Part shown: piece after piece, positions 23,601 through 34,784 of the stretch | Layout of the letters: each line of letters begins with the position of its first letter | How positions within the stretch are numbered: the first letter of the stretch is position 1 | Source: Felis catus | Taxonomy: Eukaryota | Assembly (NCBI RefSeq): GCF_018350175.1 | Contig: NW_025408521.1 | Span: 124,001-188,000 of the forward strand | Direction: 5' to 3' | DNA: 64,000 nucleotides | Notes under the pieces: model-generated | Told to the model about the DNA's origin: nothing | Databases searched by the model: none | The model's input: the letters and a program-made list of their open reading frames with translations, nothing else | Program-made: the position numbers and the translations under genes

Positions 23601-26600
23601 ACTCAGGGCCTGGAGGCCGGGGCTCGTAGCAGGTGTTTGGGATTCTGGGTCTCGTATCCCTCGGTCCTAACCCGGGAGTTTCGGAGCTGAGAGGAAGGGT
23701 TTGTTGGCTTTTCAGGATTCAGGCATATGCCTCCTTGGGTTTTTGGGCTTGTTGCATAGCCCCCGGAGGGGCTGCATTGGATTCTGGGTCTCCCACTTCT
23801 CCATCCTTCCCCGTGAGTTTCTTAGTTGAGACCCCCTGGTCTGGAGGCTGTGTGGGAAACACTGACCCGTTTCTGTCGGGTACTGGGAGAGGCTTCAGCC
23901 CTGATGAGCCATGGTAAGATACAGCCCCGGGCGTGGAGGCCTGGGGCGAGTGGAGCACTATCCATTTTGTGCATCCTATCCCTCCGAACTTCCCCGGGAG
24001 ATTCTGAGCAAGGAACCCAGAGCCTGGCAGGTGTTTGTGTTTGTGTGAGCCCATCTTTCAGGTACAGGAACGGCTTCAGGCACAGTGAGCCATAGCGAGC
24101 AAACCCGGGCGTGGAGGCCCGGGGCGAGCAGCCCCGGGCGTGGAGGCCCGGGGCGAGCAGCCCCGGGCGTGGAGGCCCGGGGCGAGCAGCCCCGGGCGTG
24201 GAGGCCCGGGGCGAGCAGCCCCGGGCGTGGAGGCCCGGGGCGAGCAGCCCCGGGCGTGGAGGCCCGGGGCGAGCAGCCCCGGGCCTGGAGGCCCGGGGCG
24301 AGGAGCCCCGGGCCTGGTGCCCGGGGCGAGCGGGGCACTTCCTATTTTGTGTCCCCAAACCCTCGGACCTTTCTGGGGAGTTTCTGAGCTGAGACCCCTG
24401 TGTCTGGAGCCTGTTTCTGGTTCTGTGACCCCTTTATCTCAGGTATAGGGAAAGGCTCCAGCCATGGTGAGCCATGGTAACGACTCAGGGCCTGGAGGCC
24501 GGGGCTCGTAGCAGGTGTTTGGGATTCTGGGTCTCGCATCTCTCGGTCCTATCCTGGGAGTTTCGGAGCTGAGAGGAAGGGTTTGTTGGCTTTTCAGGAT
24601 TCAGGCATATGCCTCCTTGGGTTTTTGGGCTTGTTGCATAGCCCCCGGAGGGGCTGCATTGGATTCTGGGTCTCCCACTTCTCCATCCTTCCCCGTGAGT
24701 TTCTTAGTTGAGACCCCCTGGTCTGGAGGCTGTGTGGGAAACACTGACCCGTTTCTGTCGGGTACTGGGAGAGGCTTCAGCCCTGATGAGCCATGGTAAG
24801 ATACAGCCCCGGGCGTGGAGGCCTGGGGCGAGTGGAGCACTATCCATTTTGTGCATCCTATCCCTCCGAACTTCCCCGGGAGATTCTGAGCAAGGAACCC
24901 AGAGCCTGGCGGGTGTTTGTGTTTGTGTGAGCCCATCTTTCAGGTACAGGAACGGCTTCAGGCACAGTGAGCCATAGCGAGCAGCCCCGGGCGTGGAGGC
25001 CCGGGGCGAGCAGCCCCGGGCGTGGAGGCCCGGGGCGAGCAGCCCCGGGCGTGGAGGCCCGGGGCGAGCAGCCACGGGCCTGGAGGCCCGGGGCGAGCAG
25101 CCCCGGGCCTGGAGGCCCGGGGCCAGCTGGCCCCGGGCCTGGAGGCCCGGGGCGAGCGGGGCACTTCCTATTTTGTGTCCCCAAACCCTCGGACCTTTCT
25201 GGGGAGTTTCTGAGCTGAGACCCCTGTGTCTGGAGCCTGTTTCTGGTTCTGTGACCCCTTTATCTCAGGTATAGGGAAAGGCTCCAGCCATGGTGAGCCA
25301 TGGTAACGACTCAGGGCCTGGAGGCCGGGGCTCGTAGCAGGTGTTTGGGATTCTGGGTCTCGCATCTCTCGGTCCTATCCCGGGAGTTTCGGAGCTGAGA
25401 GGAAGGGTTTGTTGGCTTTTCAGGATTCAGGCATATGCCTCCTTGGGTTTTTGGGCTTGTTGCATAGCCCCCGGAGGGGCTGCATTGGATTCTGGGTCTC
25501 CCACTTCTCCATCCTTCCCCGTGAGTTTCTTAGTTGAGACCCCCTGGTCTGGAGGCTGTGTGGGAAACACTGACCCGTTTCTGTCGGGTACTGGGAGAGG
25601 CTTCAGCCCTGATGAGCCATGGTAAGATACAGCCCCGGGCGTGGAGGCCTGGGGCGAGTGGAGCACTATCCATTTTGTGCATCCTATCCCTCCGAACTTC
25701 CCCGGGAGATTCTGAGCAAGGAACCCAGAGCCTGGCGGGTGTTTGTGTTTGTGTGAGCCCATCTTTCAGGTACAGGAACGGCTTCAGGCACAGTGAGCCA
25801 TCGCGAGCAGCCCCGGGCGTGGAGGCCCGGGGCGAGCAGCCCCGGGCGTGGAGGCCCGGGGCGAGCAGCCCCGGGCGTGGAGGCCCGGGGCGAGCAGCCC
25901 CGGGCGTGGAGGCCCGGGGCGAGCAGCCCCGGGCGTGGAGGCCCGGGGCGAGCAGCCCCGGGCGTGGAGGCCCGGGGCGAGCAGCCCCGGGCGTGGAGGC
26001 CCGGGGCGAGCAGCCCCGGGCGTGGAGGCCCGGGGCGAGCAGCCCCGGGCCTGGAGGCCCGGGGCGAGCAGCCCCGGGCGTGGAGGCCCGGGGCCAGCAG
26101 CCCCGGGCCTGGAGGCCCGGGGCCAGCAGCCCCGGGCCTGGAGGCCCGGGGCCAGCAGCCCCGGGCCTGGAGGCCCGGGGCCAGCAGCCCCGGGCCTGGA
26201 GGCCCGGGGCGAGCGGGGCACTTCCCATTTTGTGTCCCCAATCCCTCCCACCTTTCTGGGGAGTTTCTGAGCTGAGAACCCAGTGTCTGGAGACTGTTTC
26301 TGGTTCTGTGACCCCTTTATCTCAGGTACAGGGAACGGCTCCAGCCATGGTGAGCCATGGGAATGACTCAGGGCCTGGAGGCCGGGGCTCGTAGCAGGTG
26401 TTTGGGATTCTGGGTCTCGTATCCCTCGGTCCTAACCCGGGAGTTTCGGAGCTGAGAGGAAGGGTTTGTTGGCTTTTCAGGATTCAGGCATATGCCTCCT
26501 TGGGTTTTTGGGCTTGTTGCATAGCCCCCGGAGGGGCTGCATTGGATTCTGGGTCTCCCACTTCTCCATCCTTCCCCGTGAGTTTCTTAGTTGAGACCCC

Positions 26601-28389
26601 CTGGTCTGGAGGCTGTGTGGGAAACACTGACCCGTTTCTGTCGGGTACTGGGAGAGGCTTCAGCCCTGATGAGCCATGGTAAGATACAGCCCCGGGCGTG
26701 GAGGCCTGGGGCGAGTGGAGCACTATCCATTTTGTGCATCCTATCCCTCCGAACTTCCCCGGGAGATTCTGAGCAAGGAACCCAGAGCCTGGCAGGTGTT
26801 TGTGTTTGTGTGAGCCCATCTTTCAGGTACAGGAACGGCTTCAGGCACAGTGAGCCATAGCGAGCAGCCCCGGGCGTGGAGGCCCGGGGCGAGCAGCCCC
26901 GGGCGTGGAGGCCCGGGGCGAGCAGCCCCGGGCGTGGAGGCCCGGGGCGAGCAGCCCCGGGCGTGGAGGCCCGGGGCGAGCAGCCCCGGGCGTGGAGGCC
27001 CGGGGCGAGCAGCCCCGGGCCTGGAGGCCCGGGGCGAGGAGCCCCGGGCCTGGTGCCCGGGGCGAGCGGGGCACTTCCTATTTTGTGTCCCCAAACCCTC
27101 GGACCTTTCTGGGGAGTTTCTGAGCTGAGACCCCTGTGTCTGGAGCCTGTTTCTGGTTCTGTGACCCCTTTATCTCAGGTATAGGGAAAGGCTCCAGCCA
27201 TGGTGAGCCATGGTAACGACTCAGGGCCTGGAGGCCGGGGCTCGTAGCAGGTGTTTGGGATTCTGGGTCTCGCATCTCTCGGTCCTATCCTGGGAGTTTC
27301 GGAGCTGAGAGGAAGGGTTTGTTGGCTTTTCAGGATTCAGGCATATGCCTCCTTGGGTTTTTGGGCTTGTTGCATAGCCCCCGGAGGGGCTGCATTGGAT
27401 TCTGGGTCTCCCACTTCTCCATCCTTCCCCGTGAGTTTCTTAGTTGAGACCCCCTGGTCTGGAGGCTGTGTGGGAAACACTGACCCGTTTCTGTCGGGTA
27501 CTGGGAGAGGCTTCAGCCCTGATGAGCCATGGTAAGATACAGCCCCGGGCGTGGAGGCCTGGGGCGAGTGGAGCACTATCCATTTTGTGCATCCTATCCC
27601 TCCGAACTTCCCCGGGAGATTCTGAGCAAGGAACCCAGAGCCTGGCGGGTGTTTGTGTTTGTGTGAGCCCATCTTTCAGGTACAGGAACGGCTTCAGGCA
27701 CAGTGAGCCATAGCGAGCAGCCCCGGGCGTGGAGGCCTGGGGCGAGTGGAGCACTATCCATTCTGTGCATCCTATCCCTCCGAACTTCCCCGGGAGATTC
27801 TGAGCAAGGAACCCAGAGCCTGGCGGGTGTTTGTGTTTGTGTGAGCCCATCTTTCAGGTACAGGAACGGCTTCAGGCACAGTGAGCCATCGCGAGCAGCC
27901 CCGGGCGTGGAGGCCCGGGGCGAGCAGCCCCGGGCGTGGAGGCCCGGGGCGAGCAGCCCCGGGCGTGGAGGCCCGGGGCGAGGAGCCCCGGGCCTGGCGG
28001 CCCGGGGCGAGCAGCCCCGGGCCTGGCGGCCCGGGGCGAGCAGCCCCGGGCCTGGCGGCCCGGGGCGAGCAGCCCCGGGCCTGGCGGCCCGGGGCGAGCA
28101 GCCCCGGGCCTGGCGGCCCGGGGCGAGCAGCCCCGGGCCTGGCGGCCCGGGGCGAGCAGCCCCGGGCCTGGCGGCCCGGGGCGAGCAGCCCCGGGCCTGG
28201 CGGCCCGGGGCGAGCAGCCCCGGGCCTGGCGGCCCGGGGCGAGCAGCCCCGGGCCTGGCGGCCCGGGGCGAGCAGCCCCGGGCCTGGCGGCCCGGGGCGA
28301 GCAGCCCCGGGCCTGGCGGCCCGGGGCGAGCAGCCCCGGGCCTGGCGGCCCGGGGCGAGCAGCCCCGGGCCTGGCGGCCCGGGGCGAGC
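20681..28389 (-). repeat. 3-unit higher-order repeat, ~2.77 kb, about 2.7 copies
   Basis: Spacers with the CCCATTTT...CAATCCCTCCCACC start recur at 20681, 23450 and 26215 (steps 2769 and 2765). The private variant GAGGAGCCCCGGGCCTGGTGCCC is shared at ~24300 and ~27036. Confidence 0.8.
27540..27895 (-). repeat. 178-bp tandem duplication of one spacer subunit (representative of 10 units)
   Basis: CAGCCCCGGGCGTGGAGGCCTGGGGCGAGTGGAGCAC occurs at 27540 and 27718. The same duplication starts near 31120, 32384, 38574, 39838, 44435, 51161, 52425, 57675 and 58939. Confidence 0.95.
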
Positions 28390-31300
28390 GGGGCACTTCC
28401 CATTTTGTGTCCCCAATCCCTCCCACCTTTCTGGGGAGTTTCTGAGCTGAGAACCCAGTGTCTGGAGACTGTTTCTGGTTCTGTGACCCCTTTATCTCAG
28501 GTACAGGGAACGGCTCCAGCCATGGTGAGCCATGGGAATGACTCAGGGCCTGGAGGCCGGGGCTCGTAGCAGGTGTTTGGGATTCTGGGTCTCGTATCCC
28601 TCGGTCCTAACCCGGGAGTTTCGGAGCTGAGAGGAAGGGTTTGTTGGCTTTTCAGGATTCAGGCATATGCCTCCTTGGGTTTTTGGGCTTGTTGCATAGC
28701 CCCCGGAGGGGCTGCATTGGATTCTGGGTCTCCCACTTCTCCATCCTTCCCCGTGAGTTTCTTAGTTGAGACCCCCTGGTCTGGAGGCTGTGTGGGAAAC
28801 ACTGACCCGTTTCTGTCGGGTACTGGGAGAGGCTTCAGCCCTGATGAGCCATGGTAAGATACAGCCCCGGGCGTGGAGGCCTGGGGCGAGTGGAGCACTA
28901 TCCATTTTGTGCATCCTATCCCTCCGAACTTCCCCGGGAGATTCTGAGCAAGGAACCCAGAGCCTGGCGGGTGTTTGTGTTTGTGTGAGCCCATCTTTCA
29001 GGTACAGGAACGGCTTCAGGCACAGTGAGCCATAGCGAGCAGCCCTGGACGTGGAGGCCCGGGGCGAGCAGCCCCGGGCGTGGAGGCCCGGGGCGAGCAG
29101 CCCCGGGCGTGGAGGCCCGGGGCGAGCAGCCCCGGGCGTGGAGGCCCGGGGCGAGCAGCCCCGGGCGTGGAGGCCCGGGGCGAGCAGCCCCGGGCGTGGA
29201 GGCCCGGGGCGAGCAGCCCCGGGCGTGGAGGCCCGGGGCGAGCAGCCCCGGGCGTGGAGGCCCGGGGCGAGCAGCCCCGGGCGTGGAGGCCCGGGGCGAG
29301 CAGCCCCGGGCGTGGAGGCCCGGGGCCAGCAGCCCCGGGCGTGGAGGCCCGGGGCCAGCAGCCCCGGGCGTGGAGGCCCGGGGCCAGCAGCCCCGGGCCT
29401 GGAGGCCCGGGGCCAGCAGCCCCGGGCCTGGAGGCCCGGGGCGAGCGGGGCACTTCCTATTTTGTGTCCCCAAACCCTCGGACCTTTCTGGGGAGTTCTG
29501 AGCTGAGACCCCTGTGTCTGGAGCCTGTTTCTGGTTCTGTGACCCCTTTATCTCAGGTATAGGGAAAGGCTCCAGCCATGGTGAGCCATGGTAACGACTC
29601 AGGGCCTGGAGGCCGGGGCTCGTAGCAGGTGTTTGGGATTCTGGGTCTCGCATCTCTCGGTCCTATCCCGGGAGTTTCGGAGCTGAGAGGAAGGGTTTGT
29701 TGGCTTTTCAGGATTCAGGCATATGCCTCCTTGGGTTTTTGGGCTTGTTGCATAGCCCCCGGAGGGGCTGCATTGGATTCTGGGTCTCCCACTTCTCCAT
29801 CCTTCCCCGTGAGTTTCTTAGTTGAGACCCCCTGGTCTGGAGGCTGTGTGGGAAACACTGACCCGTTTCTGTCGGGTACTGGGAGAGGCTTCAGCCCTGA
29901 TGAGCCATGGTAAGATACAGCCCCGGGCGTGGAGGCCTGGGGCGAGTGGAGCACTATCCATTTTGTGCATCCTATCCCTCCGAACTTCCCCGGGAGATTC
30001 TGAGCAAGGAACCCAGAGCCTGGCAGGTGTTTGTGTTTGTGTGAGCCCATCTTTCAGGTACAGGAACGGCTTCAGGCACAGTGAGCCATCGCGAGCAGCC
30101 CCGGGCGTGGAGGCCCGGGGCGAGCAGCCCCGGGCGTGGAGGCCCGGGGCGAGCAGCCCCGGGCGTGGAGGCCCGGGGCGAGCAGCCCCGGGCGTGGAGG
30201 CCCGGGGCGAGCAGCCCCGGGCGTGGAGGCCCGGGGCGAGCAGCCCCGGGCGTGGAGGCCCGGGGCCAGCAGCCCCGGGCGTGGAGGCCCGGGGCGAGCA
30301 GCCCCGGGCCTGGAGGCCCGGGGCCAGCAGCCCCGGGCGTGGAGGCCCGGGGCCAGCAGCCCCGGGCGTGGAGGCCCGGGGCCAGCAGCCCCGGGCCTGG
30401 AGGCCCGGGGCCAGCAGCCCCGGGCCTGGAGGCCCGGGGCCAGCAGCCCCGGGCCTGGAGGCCCGGGGCCAGCAGCCCCGGGCCTGGAGGCCCGGGGCCA
30501 GCAGCCCCGGGCCTGGAGGCCCGGGGCCAGCAGCCCCGGGCCTGGAGGCCCGGGGCCAGCAGCCCCGGGCCTGGAGGCCCGGGGCCAGCAGCCCCGGGCC
30601 TGGAGGCCCGGGGCCAGCAGCCCCGGGCCTGGAGGCCCGGGGCCAGCGGGGCACTTCCTATTTTGTGTCCCCAAACCCTCGGACCTTTCTGGGGAGTTTC
30701 TGAGCTGAGACCCCTGTGTCTGGAGCCTGTTTCTGGTTCTGTGACCCCTTTATCTCAGGTATAGGGAAAGGCTCCAGCCATGGTGAGCCATGGTAACGAC
30801 TCAGGGCCTGGAGGCCGGGGCTCGTAGCAGGTGTTTGGGATTCTGGGTCTCGCATCTCTCGGTCCTATCCCGGGAGTTTCGGAGCTGAGAGGAAGGGTTT
30901 GTTGGCTTTTCAGGATTCAGGCATATGCCTCCTTGGGTTTTTGGGCTTGTTGCATAGCCCCCGGAGGGGCTGCATTGGATTCTGGGTCTCCCACTTCTCC
31001 ATCCTTCCCCGTGAGTTTCTTAGTTGAGACCCCCTGGTCTGGAGGCTGTGTGGGAAACACTGACCCGTTTCTGTCGGGTACTGGGAGAGGCTTCAGCCCT
31101 GATGAGCCATGGTAAGATACAGCCCCGGGCGTGGAGGCCTGGGGCGAGTGGAGCACTATCCATTCTGTGCATCCTATCCCTCCGAACTTCCCCGGGAGAT
31201 TCTGAGCAAGGAACCCAGAGCCTGGCGGGTGTTTGTGTTTGTGTGAGCCCATCTTTCAGGTACAGGAACGGCTTCAGGCACAGTGAGCCATAGCGAGCAG

Positions 31301-33291
31301 CCCCGGGCGTGGAGGCCTGGGGCGAGTGGAGCACTATCCATTCTGTGCATCCTATCCCTCCGAACTTCCCCGGGAGATTCTGAGCAAGGAACCCAGAGCC
31401 TGGCGGGTGTTTGTGTTTGTGTGAGCCCATCTTTCAGGTACAGGAACGGCTTCAGGCACAGTGAGCCATCGCGAGCAGCCCCGGGCGTGGAGGCCCGGGG
31501 CGAGCAGCCCCGGGCGTGGAGGCCCGGGGCGAGCAGCCCCGGGCGTGGAGGCCCGGGGCGAGCAGCCCCGGGCGTGGAGGCCCGGGGCCACCAGCCCCGG
31601 GCGTGGAGGCCCGGGGCCAGCAGCCCCGGGCGTGGAGGCCCGGGGCCAGCAGCCCCGGGCCTGGAGGCCCGGGGCCAGCAGCCCCGGGCGCGGAGGCCCG
31701 GGGCGAGCAGCCCCGGGCGCGGAGGCCAGGGGCGAGCAGCCCCGGGCGCGGAGGCCCGGGGCGAGCAGCCCCGGGCGCGGAGGCCCGGGGCCAGCAGCCC
31801 CGGGCGCGGAGGCCCGGGGCCAGCAGCCCCGGGCCTGGAGGCCCGGGGCCAGCAGCCCCGGGCCTGGAGGCCCGGGGCCAGCAGCCCCGGGCCTGGAGGC
31901 CCGGGGCGAGCGGGGCACTTCCTATTTTGTGTCCCCAAACCCTCGGACCTTTCTGGGGAGTTTCTGAGCTGAGACCCCTGTGTCTGGAGCCTGTTTCTGG
32001 TTCTGTGACCCCTTTATCTCAGGTATAGGGAAAGGCTCCAGCCATGGTGAGCCATGGTAACGACTCAGGGCCTGGAGGCCGGGGCTCGTAGCAGGTGTTT
32101 GGGATTCTGGGTCTCGCATCTCTCGGTCCTATCCCGGGAGTTTCGGAGCTGAGAGGAAGGGTTTGTTGGCTTTTCAGGATTCAGGCATATGCCTCCTTGG
32201 GTTTTTGGGCTTGTTGCATAGCCCCCGGAGGGGCTGCATTGGATTCTGGGTCTCCCACTTCTCCATCCTTCCCCGTGAGTTTCTTAGTTGAGACCCCCTG
32301 GTCTGGAGGCTGTGTGGGAAACACTGACCCGTTTCTGTCGGGTACTGGGAGAGGCTTCAGCCCTGATGAGCCATGGTAAGATACAGCCCCGGGCGTGGAG
32401 GCCTGGGGCGAGTGGAGCACTATCCATTCTGTGCATCCTGTCCCTCCGAACTTCCCCGGGAGATTCTGAGCAAGGAACCCAGAGCCTGGCGGGTGTTTGT
32501 GTTTGTGTGAGCCCATCTTTCAGGTACAGGAACGGCTTCAGGCACAGTGAGCCATAGCGAGCAGCCCCGGGCGTGGAGGCCTGGGGCGAGTGGAGCACTA
32601 TCCATTCTGTGCATCCTATCCCTCCGAACTTCCCCGGGAGATTCTGAGCAAGGAACCCAGAGCCTGGCGGGTGTTTGTGTTTGTGTGAGCCCATCTTTCA
32701 GGTACAGGAACGGCTTCAGGCACAGTGAGCCATCGCGAGCAGCCCCGGGCGTGGAGGCCCGGGGCGAGCAGCCCCGGGCGTGGGGGCCCGGGGCGAGCAG
32801 CCCCGGGCGTGGGGGCCCGGGGCGAGCAGCCCCGGGCGTGGGGGCCCGGGGCGAGCAGCCCCGGGCGTGGGGGCCCGGGGCGAGCAGCCCCGGGCGTGGG
32901 GGCCCGGGGCGAGCAGCCCCGGGCGTGGGGGCCCGGGGCGAGCAGCCCCGGGCGTGGGGGCCCGGGGCGAGCAGCCCCGGGCGTGGGGGCCCGGGGCGAG
33001 CAGCCCCGGGCCTGGGGGCCCGGGGCGAGCAGCCCCGGGCCTGGGGGCCCGGGGCGAGCAGCCCCGGGCCTGGGGGCCCGGGGCGAGCAGCCCCGGGCCT
33101 GGGGGCCCGGGGCGAGCAGCCCCGGGCCTGGGGGCCCGGGGCGAGCAGCCCCGGGCCTGGGGGCCCGGGGCGAGCAGCCCCGGGCCTGGGGGCCCGGGGC
33201 GAGCAGCCCCGGGCCTGGGGGCCCGGGGCGAGCAGCCCCGGGCCTGGGGGCCCGGGGCGAGCAGCCCCGGGCCTGGGGGCCCGGGGCGAGC
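28390..33291 (-). repeat. Four of the five units of the 5-unit higher-order repeat
   Basis: Same ordered markers as 36.0-40.6 kb: CCTGGAC tract start, 1-bp-deleted spacer (GGGAGTTCTGAG), GCGCGG tract, TGGGGG tract. Confidence 0.85.
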
Positions 33292-34784
33292 GGGGCACTT
33301 CCCATTTTGGGTCCCCAATCCCTCCCACCTTTCTGGGGAGTTTCTGAGCTGAGAACCCAGTGTCTGGAGACTGTTTCTGGTTCTGTGACCCCTTTATCTC
33401 AGGTACAGGGAACGGCTCCAGCCATGGTGAGCCATGGGAATGACTCAGGGCCTGGAGGCCGGGGCTCGTAGCAGGTGTTTGGGATTCTGGGTCTCGTATC
33501 CCTCGGTCCTAACCCGGGAGTTTCGGAGCTGAGAGGAAGGGTTTGTTGGCTTTTCAGGATTCAGGCATATGCCTCCTAGGGATTTTGTGCTTGCTGCATA
33601 GCCGCTGGAGGGGGCTGCATGGCATTCTGTGTCTCCCACTTGTCCATCCTTCCCCGTAAGTTTCTTAGCTGAGACCCCCTGTTCTGGAGGCTGTGTGGGA
33701 AACACTGACCCGTTTCTGTGGGGTACAGGGAGAGGCTTCAGCCCTGATTAGCCATGGTAAGATACAGCCCTGGGCGTGGAGGCCCCGAGTGAGCAGGAGC
33801 ACAACCCATTTTGTGCAACCTATCCCTCCGAACTTCCCCGAGGGTTTCTGAGCAGGGAACCCAGAGCTTGGCGGGTGTCTTTATTGGTGTGAGCCCATCT
33901 TTCAGGTACAGGAACGGCTTCAGGCATAGTGAGCCATAGCGAGCAGCCCCGGGCGTGGAGGCCCGGGGCGAGCAGCCCCGGGCGTGGAGGCCCGGGGCGA
34001 GCAGCCCCGGGCGTGGAGGCCCGGGGCGAGCAGCCCCGGGCGTGGAGGCCCGGGGCGAGCAGCCCCGGGCGTGGAGGCCCGGGGCGAGCAGCCCCGGGCG
34101 TGGAGGCCCGGGGCGAGCAGCCCCGGGCGTGGAGGCCCGGGGCGAGCAGCCCCGGGCGTGGAGGCCCGGGGCGAGCAGCCCCGGGCGTGGAGGCCCGGGG
34201 CGAGCAGCCCCGGGCGTGGAGGCCCGGGGCGAGCAGCCCCGGGCCTGGAGGCCCGGGGCGAGCAGCCCCGGGCCTGGCGGCCCGGGGCGAGCAGCCCCGG
34301 GCCTGGCGGCCCGGGGCGAGCAGCCCCGGGCCTGGCGGCCCGGGGCGAGCAGCCCCGGGCCTGGCGGCCCGGGGCGAGCAGCCCCGGGCCTGGAGGCCCG
34401 GGGCGAGCAGCCCCGGGCCTGGAGGCCCGGGGCGAGCAGCCCCGGGCCTGGAGGCCCGGGGCGAGCAGCCCCGGCCTGGAGGCCCGGGGCGAGCAGCCCC
34501 GGGCCTGGAGGCCCGGGGCGAGCAGCCCCGGGCCTGGAGGCCCGGGGCGAGCAGCCCCGGGCCTGGAGGCCCGGGGCGAGCAGCCCCGGGCCTGGAGGCC
34601 CGGGGCGAGCAGCCCCGGGCCTGGAGGCCCGGGGCGAGCAGCCCCGGGCCTGGAGGCCCGGGGCGAGCAGCCCCGGGCCTGGAGGCCCGGGGCGAGCAGC
34701 CCCGGGCCTGGAGGCCCGGGGCGAGCAGCCCCGGGCCTGGAGGCCCGGGGCGAGCAGCCCCGGGCCTGGAGGCCCGGGGCGAGC

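Noticed and set aside
33600..33620. CTCF-like site CCGCTGGAGGGGGCTG in some Y-type spacers
   Set aside because: It mismatches the core motif and is absent from most units. It cannot be supported without a motif scan or ChIP data.
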